In this document: one piece after another, positions 56,364 to 64,000 of the stretch
Layout of the letters: each line of letters starts with the position of its first letter
Position numbering within the stretch: position 1 is the stretch's first letter
Origin: Acidobacteriota bacterium
GTDB lineage: Bacteria; Acidobacteriota; Vicinamibacteria; Marinacidobacterales; SMYC01
NCBI GenBank assembly: GCA_004356105.1
Contig: SMYC01000142.1
Location: 11,041 to 75,040, forward strand
Direction of reading: 5' to 3'
DNA: 64,000 bases
Translations under genes and position numbers: made by a program
Notes under the pieces: model-generated
What the model saw: the letters and a program-made list of their open reading frames with translations, nothing else
Database searches by the model: none
Told to the model about the DNA's origin: nothing

Positions 56364-57563
56364 ATGCATCGAATGTTAAGAGGAACCTTGTCGGCTAAAG
56401 CGTTTTATGCCCTATGCCTACTTGGGGCAGCTGGGCTTCAAACCACATCGGAAGCGAGCGCTACCCAGGCCATTTCAGAACCGGTTCGAGTGACAACGTT
56501 AGCTCACTATGTCAATTGGTACAACGGCACCAATTTTCGTAACGCAACGACGCTGCCCACCAATGGATTGGGTGAATACGAGTCAACCGATCCTTACGTG
56601 ATCGCGTTCCACAAATCAACGTTCTTGCAAGGGGGCGAGATACCCCTGATCTCATGGTGGGGTAGAGACGACAGCCGGGGGGACGAGTTCTTGGACATAT
56701 TCTTCGCCGTTGCCCCCTTGCACCACAAGAAACGTGACGTTCAAGTGAGCTTGCTGTACGAAGCGAGAGGAATGTTGCTCGAGGGGAACGAAGAAAAAAT
56801 TGATTTCAATCAACAAAAGACGCGGGCACAATTCATTTCAGACATCATCCATCTAGACGAAAAATATTTCTCGAACCCGGAGCATCGTGACCGATTCTTC
56901 AAAATCGACGGCCGACCTGTGATTTTCGTTTGGTATTCACATGCTTTCCGAGGCCCCTTTCAGGAGGCGGTGTCCGACGCTCGCAAATATGCCGATTTCT
57001 ATTTGATCGGGTCGAATTTCACGTTGAGAGGAAATCTTCTCGACGAATGGAAGGAGTTCATCCCCGCGTTCGACGCGATATCTGCCTATGGGGCCTATGA
57101 CCAACATTTCTTGGCACAATACGGAGGTCCCAACGAGAAATATGTGAGTCAGTATTTTAACGGAGTAGCTTTGTGGTCTCGATGGCTTGCAGAAAACGCT
57201 CCCGACACGGATTTGATCTTGCCAATGTCTTTTGCTTTCGACAATTCCAATTCGAAATCCGAACAGCGAACCATCCATTTCTATATGAACACCTTCGAGG
57301 CCACTCACTTTGCAAAGCAGGTGAGGCTGGCCATTGAATGTTCACTATCGGGAAACCCGATATTCGACAAGGTAATCCCGACCATCGTTTTTGCGTCATT
57401 CAACGAGCATTTCGAGGGCACGCCTCTCGAACGCGCGACTCACTACGAAGACAAGGTCCGGCCGTACGACGCCTACGGGGACATATATCGCGACATTTTC
57501 TTGAGTCTGATACCCGCTCGTACATACATCGACCCACCTAGATGTGAAGGTCTCCTTTACTAG
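56364..57563 (+). CDS. GH99/GH71-like glycoside hydrolase (exported), AT-rich gene
   Basis: AHYVNWY, ISWWG, LLYE, KIDGRPVIFVW, SFNEHFEGT (GH99 has SFNEWHEG); start moved to ATG 56364. Confidence 0.7.
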   Translation: MHRMLRGTLSAKAFYALCLLGAAGLQTTSEASATQAISEPVRVTTLAHYVNWYNGTNFRNATTLPTNGLGEYESTDPYVIAFHKSTFLQGGEIPLISWWGRDDSRGDEFLDIFFAVAPLHHKKRDVQVSLLYEARGMLLEGNEEKIDFNQQKTRAQFISDIIHLDEKYFSNPEHRDRFFKIDGRPVIFVWYSHAFRGPFQEAVSDARKYADFYLIGSNFTLRGNLLDEWKEFIPAFDAISAYGAYDQHFLAQYGGPNEKYVSQYFNGVALWSRWLAENAPDTDLILPMSFAFDNSNSKSEQRTIHFYMNTFEATHFAKQVRLAIECSLSGNPIFDKVIPTIVFASFNEHFEGTPLERATHYEDKVRPYDAYGDIYRDIFLSLIPARTYIDPPRCEGLLY

Positions 57564-59023
57564 CGACCGAGCGCGTAGACGTAGTCGACTGTAAAACGCT
57601 GATCGCGCGAGGAGAGATAAACGAGCTGTTCCGGCGTTTGTCCCGCGTCCGCCCACCGTAATTGCAGTAGATGCTCCCGGTTGAGCTCTATAGAAAGCGA
57701 GACCTCGTGAGCGCGACTCTTTCCACCGACGATCACGGACGGGAAGCGACGCTCATGCCAAGTCCACTCTAGCCGAATGAACTCGACGCGAGACTCCCCT
57801 CGTGTGAAGGGCCACGCCATGCGCCACGGAACGCCTACGAACATGCGATAGCTATCGGTTTGAGATCCCACGAGCTCATCCACGGTAACTATCAGCTCGA
57901 AGCCTAGCTGCGGGACGTTCCGCTCACGAACTTGAGCGCGATACAAGGCCTCGATGTCGCGCGCAAGCTCTTCTCGGTGCGACGAGATCGACAATCTCTC
58001 CCGAAGCGAGCGTAGCGCGGCGACGTCATAGACTCGCCGCTCGTTGTAGCCGAGCTCGTTGACGCGGCGGGTGATGCGGAGCAACTCCTCGGCAAACTCA
58101 CTCGAGCGCGCGAACCGGAAACGGCGGCCGAAGAAAGTCACACCGCCGCGGTACTCGCGGAGGAACCGCTCCACGCCCGGCTGCCACTCTTGGCGTGTGC
58201 GAGCGGTCGCGACGAAGTACGCGGCGAAACGAAAGGCGAGGCCTAGCTCGACGAGCGCCTCGCTCCGAGAAAGCCTGCCGGTTATGCGATCGATGAATGC
58301 GCGTGCGTCGATCTCGAGATCGGAATGATTCCATATCCCGCCCCCCCCGGCTCTGGCTCGGGTCAGGTCGAAGCCGGCTTCGCTGCGCATACGCGAGACG
58401 GAGGCCTCTCCGTTCAGCTCGAGGTCGTTGTTGTGCTGAAAGAGAAATCCTGCGGAGCCGAACCGTATGATGCGCGTCGCGGGACTCGGCGACGGTAGCC
58501 GACTCGTCTCGACGAAATCCTGCAGCGAAGGCTGAGCGCCGCGGGAGTCGTCCGTATCATGTCGATAGCCAAAGAGAAGCTCCCAATCAGAGCTCAAACG
58601 CAGAGACCCCACCCCGTTGACGATCCATGTATCGTCGAGGCGGCTGTCCGAGCGGCGCCTTTCCGCATCCACCGTCACGCGCAAGAACGACCCCCGGTAC
58701 CCTCCACCAAACGCCCATGAGCCCTCTTCCTGGCTCATTCTCAGCTCGAGTCGCTGGGTCTCGAGAAAAACGCCTTGTTGTTTTCCCCGCACGGCGGCGC
58801 CTAGAAAAGCTTTGGCGCCGAGCTTCCATCGCGGCCGGAAGCTCCAATCCGACAAACCCTCTTTGCCCCCTCCGAAGCTCAGATCGACGAGACGGATAGG
58901 TTCTGCTGGCTCGGTCACGGGCGGGAGTCTAAGTTTTCCGAGCGGGTAGTCGGCGTCGGCGTCTTGCGCCTTTATCGGTGCCGCGCAGAGGAGGAGCGTG
59001 AGAACGAAGCCGCGGCGGATCAC
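57560..59023 (-). CDS. Exported hypothetical protein, possible outer-membrane beta-barrel
   Basis: Signal peptide; many alternating Gly/aromatic beta-strand patterns; the GTG start overlaps the upstream stop. Confidence 0.65.
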   Translation of the reverse strand: MIRRGFVLTLLLCAAPIKAQDADADYPLGKLRLPPVTEPAEPIRLVDLSFGGGKEGLSDWSFRPRWKLGAKAFLGAAVRGKQQGVFLETQRLELRMSQEEGSWAFGGGYRGSFLRVTVDAERRRSDSRLDDTWIVNGVGSLRLSSDWELLFGYRHDTDDSRGAQPSLQDFVETSRLPSPSPATRIIRFGSAGFLFQHNNDLELNGEASVSRMRSEAGFDLTRARAGGGGIWNHSDLEIDARAFIDRITGRLSRSEALVELGLAFRFAAYFVATARTRQEWQPGVERFLREYRGGVTFFGRRFRFARSSEFAEELLRITRRVNELGYNERRVYDVAALRSLRERLSISSHREELARDIEALYRAQVRERNVPQLGFELIVTVDELVGSQTDSYRMFVGVPWRMAWPFTRGESRVEFIRLEWTWHERRFPSVIVGGKSRAHEVSLSIELNREHLLQLRWADAGQTPEQLVYLSSRDQRFTVDYVYALGR

Positions 59024-60126
59024 CGAGGAAACTCTTCGGGCAACCCGATAGACGTCGATTCGATGATCCGGAGGTCTTCTTCGGTCGGAAAGTAGAGCAT
59101 GATGTCCGGAACGAGCTCTTCGTAGGACGCGTGCGTGCCGGCGCTCGCTTCAACGACTCGGTTTCTAAGCAAAGAAATGAGATCGACCGATTCTTCGACG
59201 GCGCGAAATCCTTCCTGGGGGTCCGCGACAATGTCGAAAAGGCGAAATCGGTTCGGTTGAAAATCGAAAAGGTCGAACCAGTAGATTCGCTCAACGAGCG
59301 GGAACCCGTTTCGGATTTCCTCGAAAGTGGACGTGAACCAGTCCAGGTGTTGCGCGCTACCTTCCGCTCCGGACTCGGTGATCCAAACGGGCTTTTGTGT
59401 CAGCGCGGACAAACGTTCGACGAAGCGGGTGCTGTAGACGTGAAAGGCGACGCGGTCGCAAAAATTCTCACTTCCTGCTTCGATCATCCGTTGCGCGCGA
59501 AGAAAGCCCTCCGCGCTCGACACGGGCGCTGCTGCCACGATCTGAATCGACGGATCGTCCTCCTTGAGGTGGAGGTAGGCCGGTCGAAGAAAATCTCGTA
59601 CATAGGCTTCCGGCGAAATCCCGTAGAAGAAAGACGGCTCGTTCAGAATCTGTACGGCAAATCTGCCGGGCCTCACGATCTCGGCAGACGCCTTGGGAAC
59701 GAAATTGCCAAAGATGGTCGCGTAGGTCTCGTACACTTCGTCACGCGTCGCCGGGTCGAGGATCGCGTGAACCAGGTCTAGACCGGAGAACTGATCGATG
59801 ATCCCAACGACGTCGATGCCGAGCGCGCGGGCCGCCCGCACATAGGGGATGGCAGCCAGGAAGTTTGGACCGAAGCACGCGAAGGAGATGGTCACCCTCA
59901 TCTGCTCGAAACCGAGCTCGTATATGAGCTTCATCTGCAGGTCGACGAGCCGCGGCACGATGATAGGCGGCGTGAAACCGGCGTCCAAGTCGAAGCGCCT
60001 CAAAGGTGCGATATTGATGCCTCCGTTGATGCGTGGAACGGGCGAGCGGCCGCCGCGTCGAGCCAAAGCACCCGCGAGACTCGTCAGGCCCAGGCCGAGA
60101 AATTCGCGACGGTGCAGGCGACTCAA
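59020..60126 (-). CDS. Tat-exported clan GH-A-like glycoside hydrolase
   Basis: MSRLHRREFL twin-arginine signal, QILNEP (acid/base), AFHVY, WITESG (nucleophile), IYWF. Confidence 0.7.
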   Translation of the reverse strand: MSRLHRREFLGLGLTSLAGALARRGGRSPVPRINGGINIAPLRRFDLDAGFTPPIIVPRLVDLQMKLIYELGFEQMRVTISFACFGPNFLAAIPYVRAARALGIDVVGIIDQFSGLDLVHAILDPATRDEVYETYATIFGNFVPKASAEIVRPGRFAVQILNEPSFFYGISPEAYVRDFLRPAYLHLKEDDPSIQIVAAAPVSSAEGFLRAQRMIEAGSENFCDRVAFHVYSTRFVERLSALTQKPVWITESGAEGSAQHLDWFTSTFEEIRNGFPLVERIYWFDLFDFQPNRFRLFDIVADPQEGFRAVEESVDLISLLRNRVVEASAGTHASYEELVPDIMLYFPTEEDLRIIESTSIGLPEEFPR

Positions 60127-60210
60127 GATTGCCTCACTATAGCTGCCCAGCGCCCGAACCCGCTAACGACGAAGTCTTCTAGTTGACGCAAACGGAGGGC
60201 TTCGAAAGCT

Positions 60211-61182
60211 TTATTCGCCGAGGAGCCGCGCGGCTTCTTTGGCGAAATAAGTGAGGATCATGTCGGCGCCGGCGCGTTTGATGGACGTCAAGGCTTCTAG
60301 GATGGCTTTGTCGCGATCGATCCACCCGCGCTCGGCCGCGGCGACGATCATCCCGTACTCTCCCGAGACGTTATAGGCTGCGACGGGAACGTCGAATTGG
60401 GCGCGCACGCGCGCGATCACGTCCAGATAGGGAAGCGCCGGCTTGACCATCACGACGTCGGCCCCTTCTTCGATGTCGAGAGCGATCTCGCGCATCGCCT
60501 CGCGCTGATTGGCGGGGTCCATCTGGTAGGTCTTTTTGTCGCCTTTCCGCGGCGCGGAGTCGAGAGCGCCGCGGAACGGCCCGTAGAAGCAGGAGGCGTA
60601 TTTGGCCGAATAGGCCAGGATCCCAACATGCGGTTTAGAAGCCTCGTCGAGAGCGTCGCGGATGGCTCCGACGCGGCCGTCCATCATGTCCGACGGGGCG
60701 ACCCAATCCACCCCCGCCTCTGCATGCACCACCGCCATTCGGCAGAGGACGTCGACCGTCTCGTCATTGGCGACTTCGCCTTCGATGACGAGCCCGTCAT
60801 GGCCGTGGATGGAATAGGGATCGAGCGCGATGTCGGTTTGGACGCAGATATCCGGGAGTGCTTTTTTGAGCGTGCGGACCGCGTTCGGAATGACGCCTTC
60901 CGGGTTGTAGGCTTCGCTCGCGCCGTCGTCCTTCTTCGTCGAATAGCCGAAGAGGTTGACGGCGCGCACCCCCAGCTCCCAGAGCTCCTCGGATTCGCGC
61001 ACGAGCTCGTCGCTCGAAAGCCGAAACTGCCCGGGCATCGTGTCGATGGGCTCTCGGAGCCCACGGCCTTCCTTGATGAAGAGCGGTGCAATGAGCTCTC
61101 CCGCGCTGAGCTTGGTCTCCCGCACGAGGGTGCGGATGGGCTCGCTGCGGCGGAGCCTGCGAGGTCGGTGTACCAAATCCAT
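60211..61182 (-). CDS. hemB: Porphobilinogen synthase
   Basis: RPRRLR, PSDMMDGR, YSAKYAS.FYGPFR, YQMDPAN, MVKPA, AYNVSGEY. Confidence 0.97.
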   Translation of the reverse strand: MDLVHRPRRLRRSEPIRTLVRETKLSAGELIAPLFIKEGRGLREPIDTMPGQFRLSSDELVRESEELWELGVRAVNLFGYSTKKDDGASEAYNPEGVIPNAVRTLKKALPDICVQTDIALDPYSIHGHDGLVIEGEVANDETVDVLCRMAVVHAEAGVDWVAPSDMMDGRVGAIRDALDEASKPHVGILAYSAKYASCFYGPFRGALDSAPRKGDKKTYQMDPANQREAMREIALDIEEGADVVMVKPALPYLDVIARVRAQFDVPVAAYNVSGEYGMIVAAAERGWIDRDKAILEALTSIKRAGADMILTYFAKEAARLLGE

Positions 61183-61239
61183 ATCGAGCAGGTTGTATCA
61201 GAAATAGATGTCGCTTCACAAGATGCGCTATGCTCCCCC

Positions 61240-61896
61240 GTGACCAAGGATCAAGTGCTTTTCACGGAGCTGCTCGCTCAGCATGACGTGATCCGCTTCG
61301 GGGACTTCACGCTGAAGTCCGGCCGACAATCGCCGTATTTCATCAACGCCGGGCAGCTGCGGTCAGGGAGCGCAATTGCCGGTCTCGGCCGCGCCTATGC
61401 GGCGTGCATCCTCGATAACAACTTGCCCTGTGATTTCATTTTCGGCCCCTCTTATAAAGGTGTGCCGCTTGCGGTGGCGACGGCCATAGCACTCGCCGAG
61501 CGCGGCCGGGATCTCGGCTTCGCTTTCGACCGCAAGGAAGTGAAGGACCATGGTGAGGGTGGCCGCTTCGTTGGTACGCAGCCGGAAAGCGGTATGCGCG
61601 CGGTCGTTGTGGACGACGTGATCACATCGGGCGCCTCGATCCGCTATTCGGTCGGGCTTCTGAGAGAAGCGTCGGTGGAGGTCACGGGTGTGGTGATCGC
61701 CGTGGATCGCGAGGAAAGAGGCTCGGGAGCGAGAACCACATTGTCCGAGCTCGAAGAGAGCTTGAAGATCCCGGTGCTCCCGATCGTAACGGTGACCGAA
61801 ATGGTCGAGCACCTTCACGAAAGCGGTAGCTTGAGCGCGGAAATGAAGGCCCGGATCGAAGACTACGTGCGGGAGCACGGAGCGAAGGCGGAGTGA
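61240..61896 (+). CDS. pyrE: Orotate phosphoribosyltransferase
   Basis: FGDFTLKSGRQSPYF, FGPSYKG, DRKEVKDHGEGG, VVVDDVITSG, VDREE; GTG start at 61240. Confidence 0.95.
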   Translation: MTKDQVLFTELLAQHDVIRFGDFTLKSGRQSPYFINAGQLRSGSAIAGLGRAYAACILDNNLPCDFIFGPSYKGVPLAVATAIALAERGRDLGFAFDRKEVKDHGEGGRFVGTQPESGMRAVVVDDVITSGASIRYSVGLLREASVEVTGVVIAVDREERGSGARTTLSELEESLKIPVLPIVTVTEMVEHLHESGSLSAEMKARIEDYVREHGAKAE

Positions 61897-61900
61897 TCGA

Positions 61901-63265
61901 GTGACGGGCGCAGACCGCATCCTGGTCATCGGGGGAAATGCTGCCGGGATGACCGCCGCTTCCCGTGCGAAGCGCCTCGAGCCCGGCTTGGATATTACGG
62001 TCCTCGAGGCGGACGAGCGCATCGCGTACAGCATTTGCGGTCTTCCTTATTACTTGGAGGGGCGTGTTGCCGATATTCGCGAGCTCGAGCTGTTCACTCC
62101 CGAGACTCTCCGAAACGAGCGAGGGATTGAAGCGCGGGTTCGGACGCGGGTGGTAGCGATCTCGCCGACGCAGCGCAAGATCGAGGTCGAGGAGGCAGGC
62201 TCGGGAAGTCGCGAGACGCTCGGATATGACAAGTTGCTCGTGGCGACGGGGTATCGACCGAAAATTCCGAATATCGAGGGTTCTGACCTCGAGGGTGTGT
62301 TCACGGCAAGCCGGCTCGCGGATGGCGAAGCCGTAGGGTCCTGGCTCGACGAGCGGAAGCCGCGCCGTGCGGTTCTCGTCGGGGGCGGCTATGTCGGCCT
62401 CGAGATGGCGGAGGCGCTATCGAAACGCGGCCTCGAGGTCACGCTCGTGGACGCGGCGCCGCAATTGTTCACGGCCCTCGATCCGGATATGGCTCGGCAT
62501 GTCGAAGATGCACTGGTGCAGCATGGCGTCCGCGTGATGACGGGCCGAAGAGTGCGGCGCCTCGAAGGGAGCCGTAGCCGTTTAGTCGAGGTGGTCGAGC
62601 TCGAAAAAGGCGCGCTGCGCATCCCGGCAGAGCTCGTATTCGTGGATATCGGCGTCGCGCCGGACGTTCTGCTCGCTTCTGAGGCGGGTATAGAGCTCGG
62701 CCAGAGTGGCGCGATTGCGGTTAGCGAGCGGATGGAGACGAACTTCGCTGGGATCTACGCGGCGGGGAATTGCGCCGAGACGCTCCACCTGGTTACCGGA
62801 CGGGCGACGACCATCCCGCTCGGAACCGTCGCTGCCAAACAAGGACGTGTGGCGGGGGAAAATCTCGCGGGCCGCCGGAGCCGTTTTCGAGGCGCGGTGG
62901 GTACGAGCGTCGTCAAGGTGTTCGGCGTCGCCGCCGCGCGCACGGGATTGAGCTCGGCGGAGGCCGTCGCGGCAGGTTTCGCCGTGGTGGAGGCGACGAT
63001 CGAAGGCACCTTTCGGGCGCGCTATTTCGGCGACGCTAAAGGAACGGTGAAAGTCATTGGGGACCGAGACTCGGGCCGGCTTCTGGGGGCTCAAATTGTG
63101 GGAAGCGATGAGGCGGCGATGCGCATCGATGTCGCGGCGACCGCTTTGACCGCCAAGATGACGGTCCACGAGGCGTCCCAGCTCGATCTCGGCTACGCCC
63201 CGCCCCTCGGCGCGTTGTGGGATCCCCTCCTGGTGGCGCTAAACACCCTCACGCGCGAGCTTTAG
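61901..63265 (+). CDS. CoA-disulfide reductase / NADH oxidase-family flavoprotein
   Basis: IGGNAAG, YSICGLPY (single redox Cys), GGGYVGLE, YAAGNC, LLGAQIVG, DLGYAPP. Confidence 0.9.
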   Translation: MTGADRILVIGGNAAGMTAASRAKRLEPGLDITVLEADERIAYSICGLPYYLEGRVADIRELELFTPETLRNERGIEARVRTRVVAISPTQRKIEVEEAGSGSRETLGYDKLLVATGYRPKIPNIEGSDLEGVFTASRLADGEAVGSWLDERKPRRAVLVGGGYVGLEMAEALSKRGLEVTLVDAAPQLFTALDPDMARHVEDALVQHGVRVMTGRRVRRLEGSRSRLVEVVELEKGALRIPAELVFVDIGVAPDVLLASEAGIELGQSGAIAVSERMETNFAGIYAAGNCAETLHLVTGRATTIPLGTVAAKQGRVAGENLAGRRSRFRGAVGTSVVKVFGVAAARTGLSSAEAVAAGFAVVEATIEGTFRARYFGDAKGTVKVIGDRDSGRLLGAQIVGSDEAAMRIDVAATALTAKMTVHEASQLDLGYAPPLGALWDPLLVALNTLTREL

Positions 63266-63297
63266 GTAGACCCGAGCTTCGGTAAGAGACGATCGGA

Positions 63298-63822
63298 CTA
63301 ACGCGCCATCGTGGCCGACGTGCTCGCCTCCGCCGGCGCGAACTCGCGTACGTCGTCTTCCTGGGGTAAGGTGTGGCGGTTGATGGGCGCGGACAGCACG
63401 ACCGACGTCTTTGTCGAAGCGGTGCCGGAGATGCTCTTGATACGCTGCAGGACTTTCTCGAGCGTCTTGGGCGTGCGCGTCAGCACTTGCGCGATATACG
63501 CCTCTTCGCCAGCGACACTGAAACATTGTTGGATCTCGGAGATCTCCGCGAGGTAGCTCTCGTAAACCTCGGACGATATGCCTGCATCCGTCGTGATGCG
63601 CACCATCGCGGTGATGTCATATCCGAGAGACGTGGGATTGATGTTCGCGGTATATCCTTCGATGACGCCACTCCGCTCGAGCTTCTTGACACGATCGTGC
63701 ACCGTCGGTGCCGTTAGGCCGACTTGTGCCGCAAGATCGGCAAAGGTGCTCCGTCCTTTGGATAGCAATGCTGACAGAATTTGTTTGTCGGTGTAATCGA
63801 TGGAACCATTTATGAAGCTCAC
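63298..63822 (-). CDS. Lrp/AsnC-family transcriptional regulator
   Basis: DYTDKQILSAL, VGLTAPTVHDRVKKLERSGVIEGY, C-terminal RAM domain TKTSVVL. Confidence 0.92.
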   Translation of the reverse strand: MSFINGSIDYTDKQILSALLSKGRSTFADLAAQVGLTAPTVHDRVKKLERSGVIEGYTANINPTSLGYDITAMVRITTDAGISSEVYESYLAEISEIQQCFSVAGEEAYIAQVLTRTPKTLEKVLQRIKSISGTASTKTSVVLSAPINRHTLPQEDDVREFAPAEASTSATMAR

Positions 63823-64000
63823 GGGGTCACTCTCTCGGGTCCGAAGTGCCGCCGATACTAGCGAGTCGGATCCGAGAAATCAAATCCAGAAATAGAAGTA
63901 GAGTCTGCGAAAGTTCCGAGTCATAGTTGTCTTTGCACTCGTTTTGTGATGAAGGTATTTCTTGAGGAGGGGGTTTTGTTGAAGCAGTGGATCTTCTTGT

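Noticed and set aside
60397-61239. N-terminal extension of pyrE in the ORF track (499 aa)
   Set aside because: It is antisense to hemB; PyrE homology starts at GTG 61240
1-64000. CRISPR arrays, rRNA/tRNA genes, transposases, integrases, recognisable defence genes
   Set aside because: None seen; the repeats found are short tandem or paired inverted repeats without regularly spaced unique spacers

Overview
A GC-rich bacterial chromosomal window, most likely Acidobacteriota and probably Vicinamibacteria. This is inferred from the RpoA/S11 sequence style and the gene repertoire, not from a database search. The first 4.6 kb is the conserved end of the spc/alpha ribosomal operon (adk-map-infA-rpmJ-rpsM-rpsK-rpsD-rpoA-rplQ). 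It is followed by a second EF-G paralog, an orphan PilMNO-like triplet, and metabolic and signalling genes. Two uncharacterised envelope systems stand out. (1) At 17.5-31.8 kb: a sulfatase-like/TPR protein, two CRTAC1/ASPIC-UnbV proteins, a TonB-dependent receptor with a sigma54-type promoter, an octaheme cytochrome c-TPR fusion and a TPR protein. (2) At 33.3-36.8 kb: five genes (two DUF6644-like membrane proteins, a DUF6152-like protein with a predicted mature N-terminal His-His, and two paralogous Cys-pair exported proteins) that looks like a possible metal (copper) handling system with palindromic operators. At 38.8-44.6 kb is a decaying chemotaxis island (sigma28 promoter, cheA-cheW-MCP, no intact cheY/B/R) with three deletion scars. 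Next come a nonaheme paralog carrying an inserted cytochrome c domain, an NRAMP-like transporter, an ALDH7, a fourth deletion scar, a glycan-related cluster (CBM9/DUF5916, an AT-rich GH99-like gene, a Tat GH-A enzyme), and hemB, pyrE, a CoA-disulfide reductase-like gene and an Lrp regulator. I saw no rRNA, tRNA, CRISPR array, transposase or integrase. Family assignments come from motif recognition by eye and need HMM confirmation.
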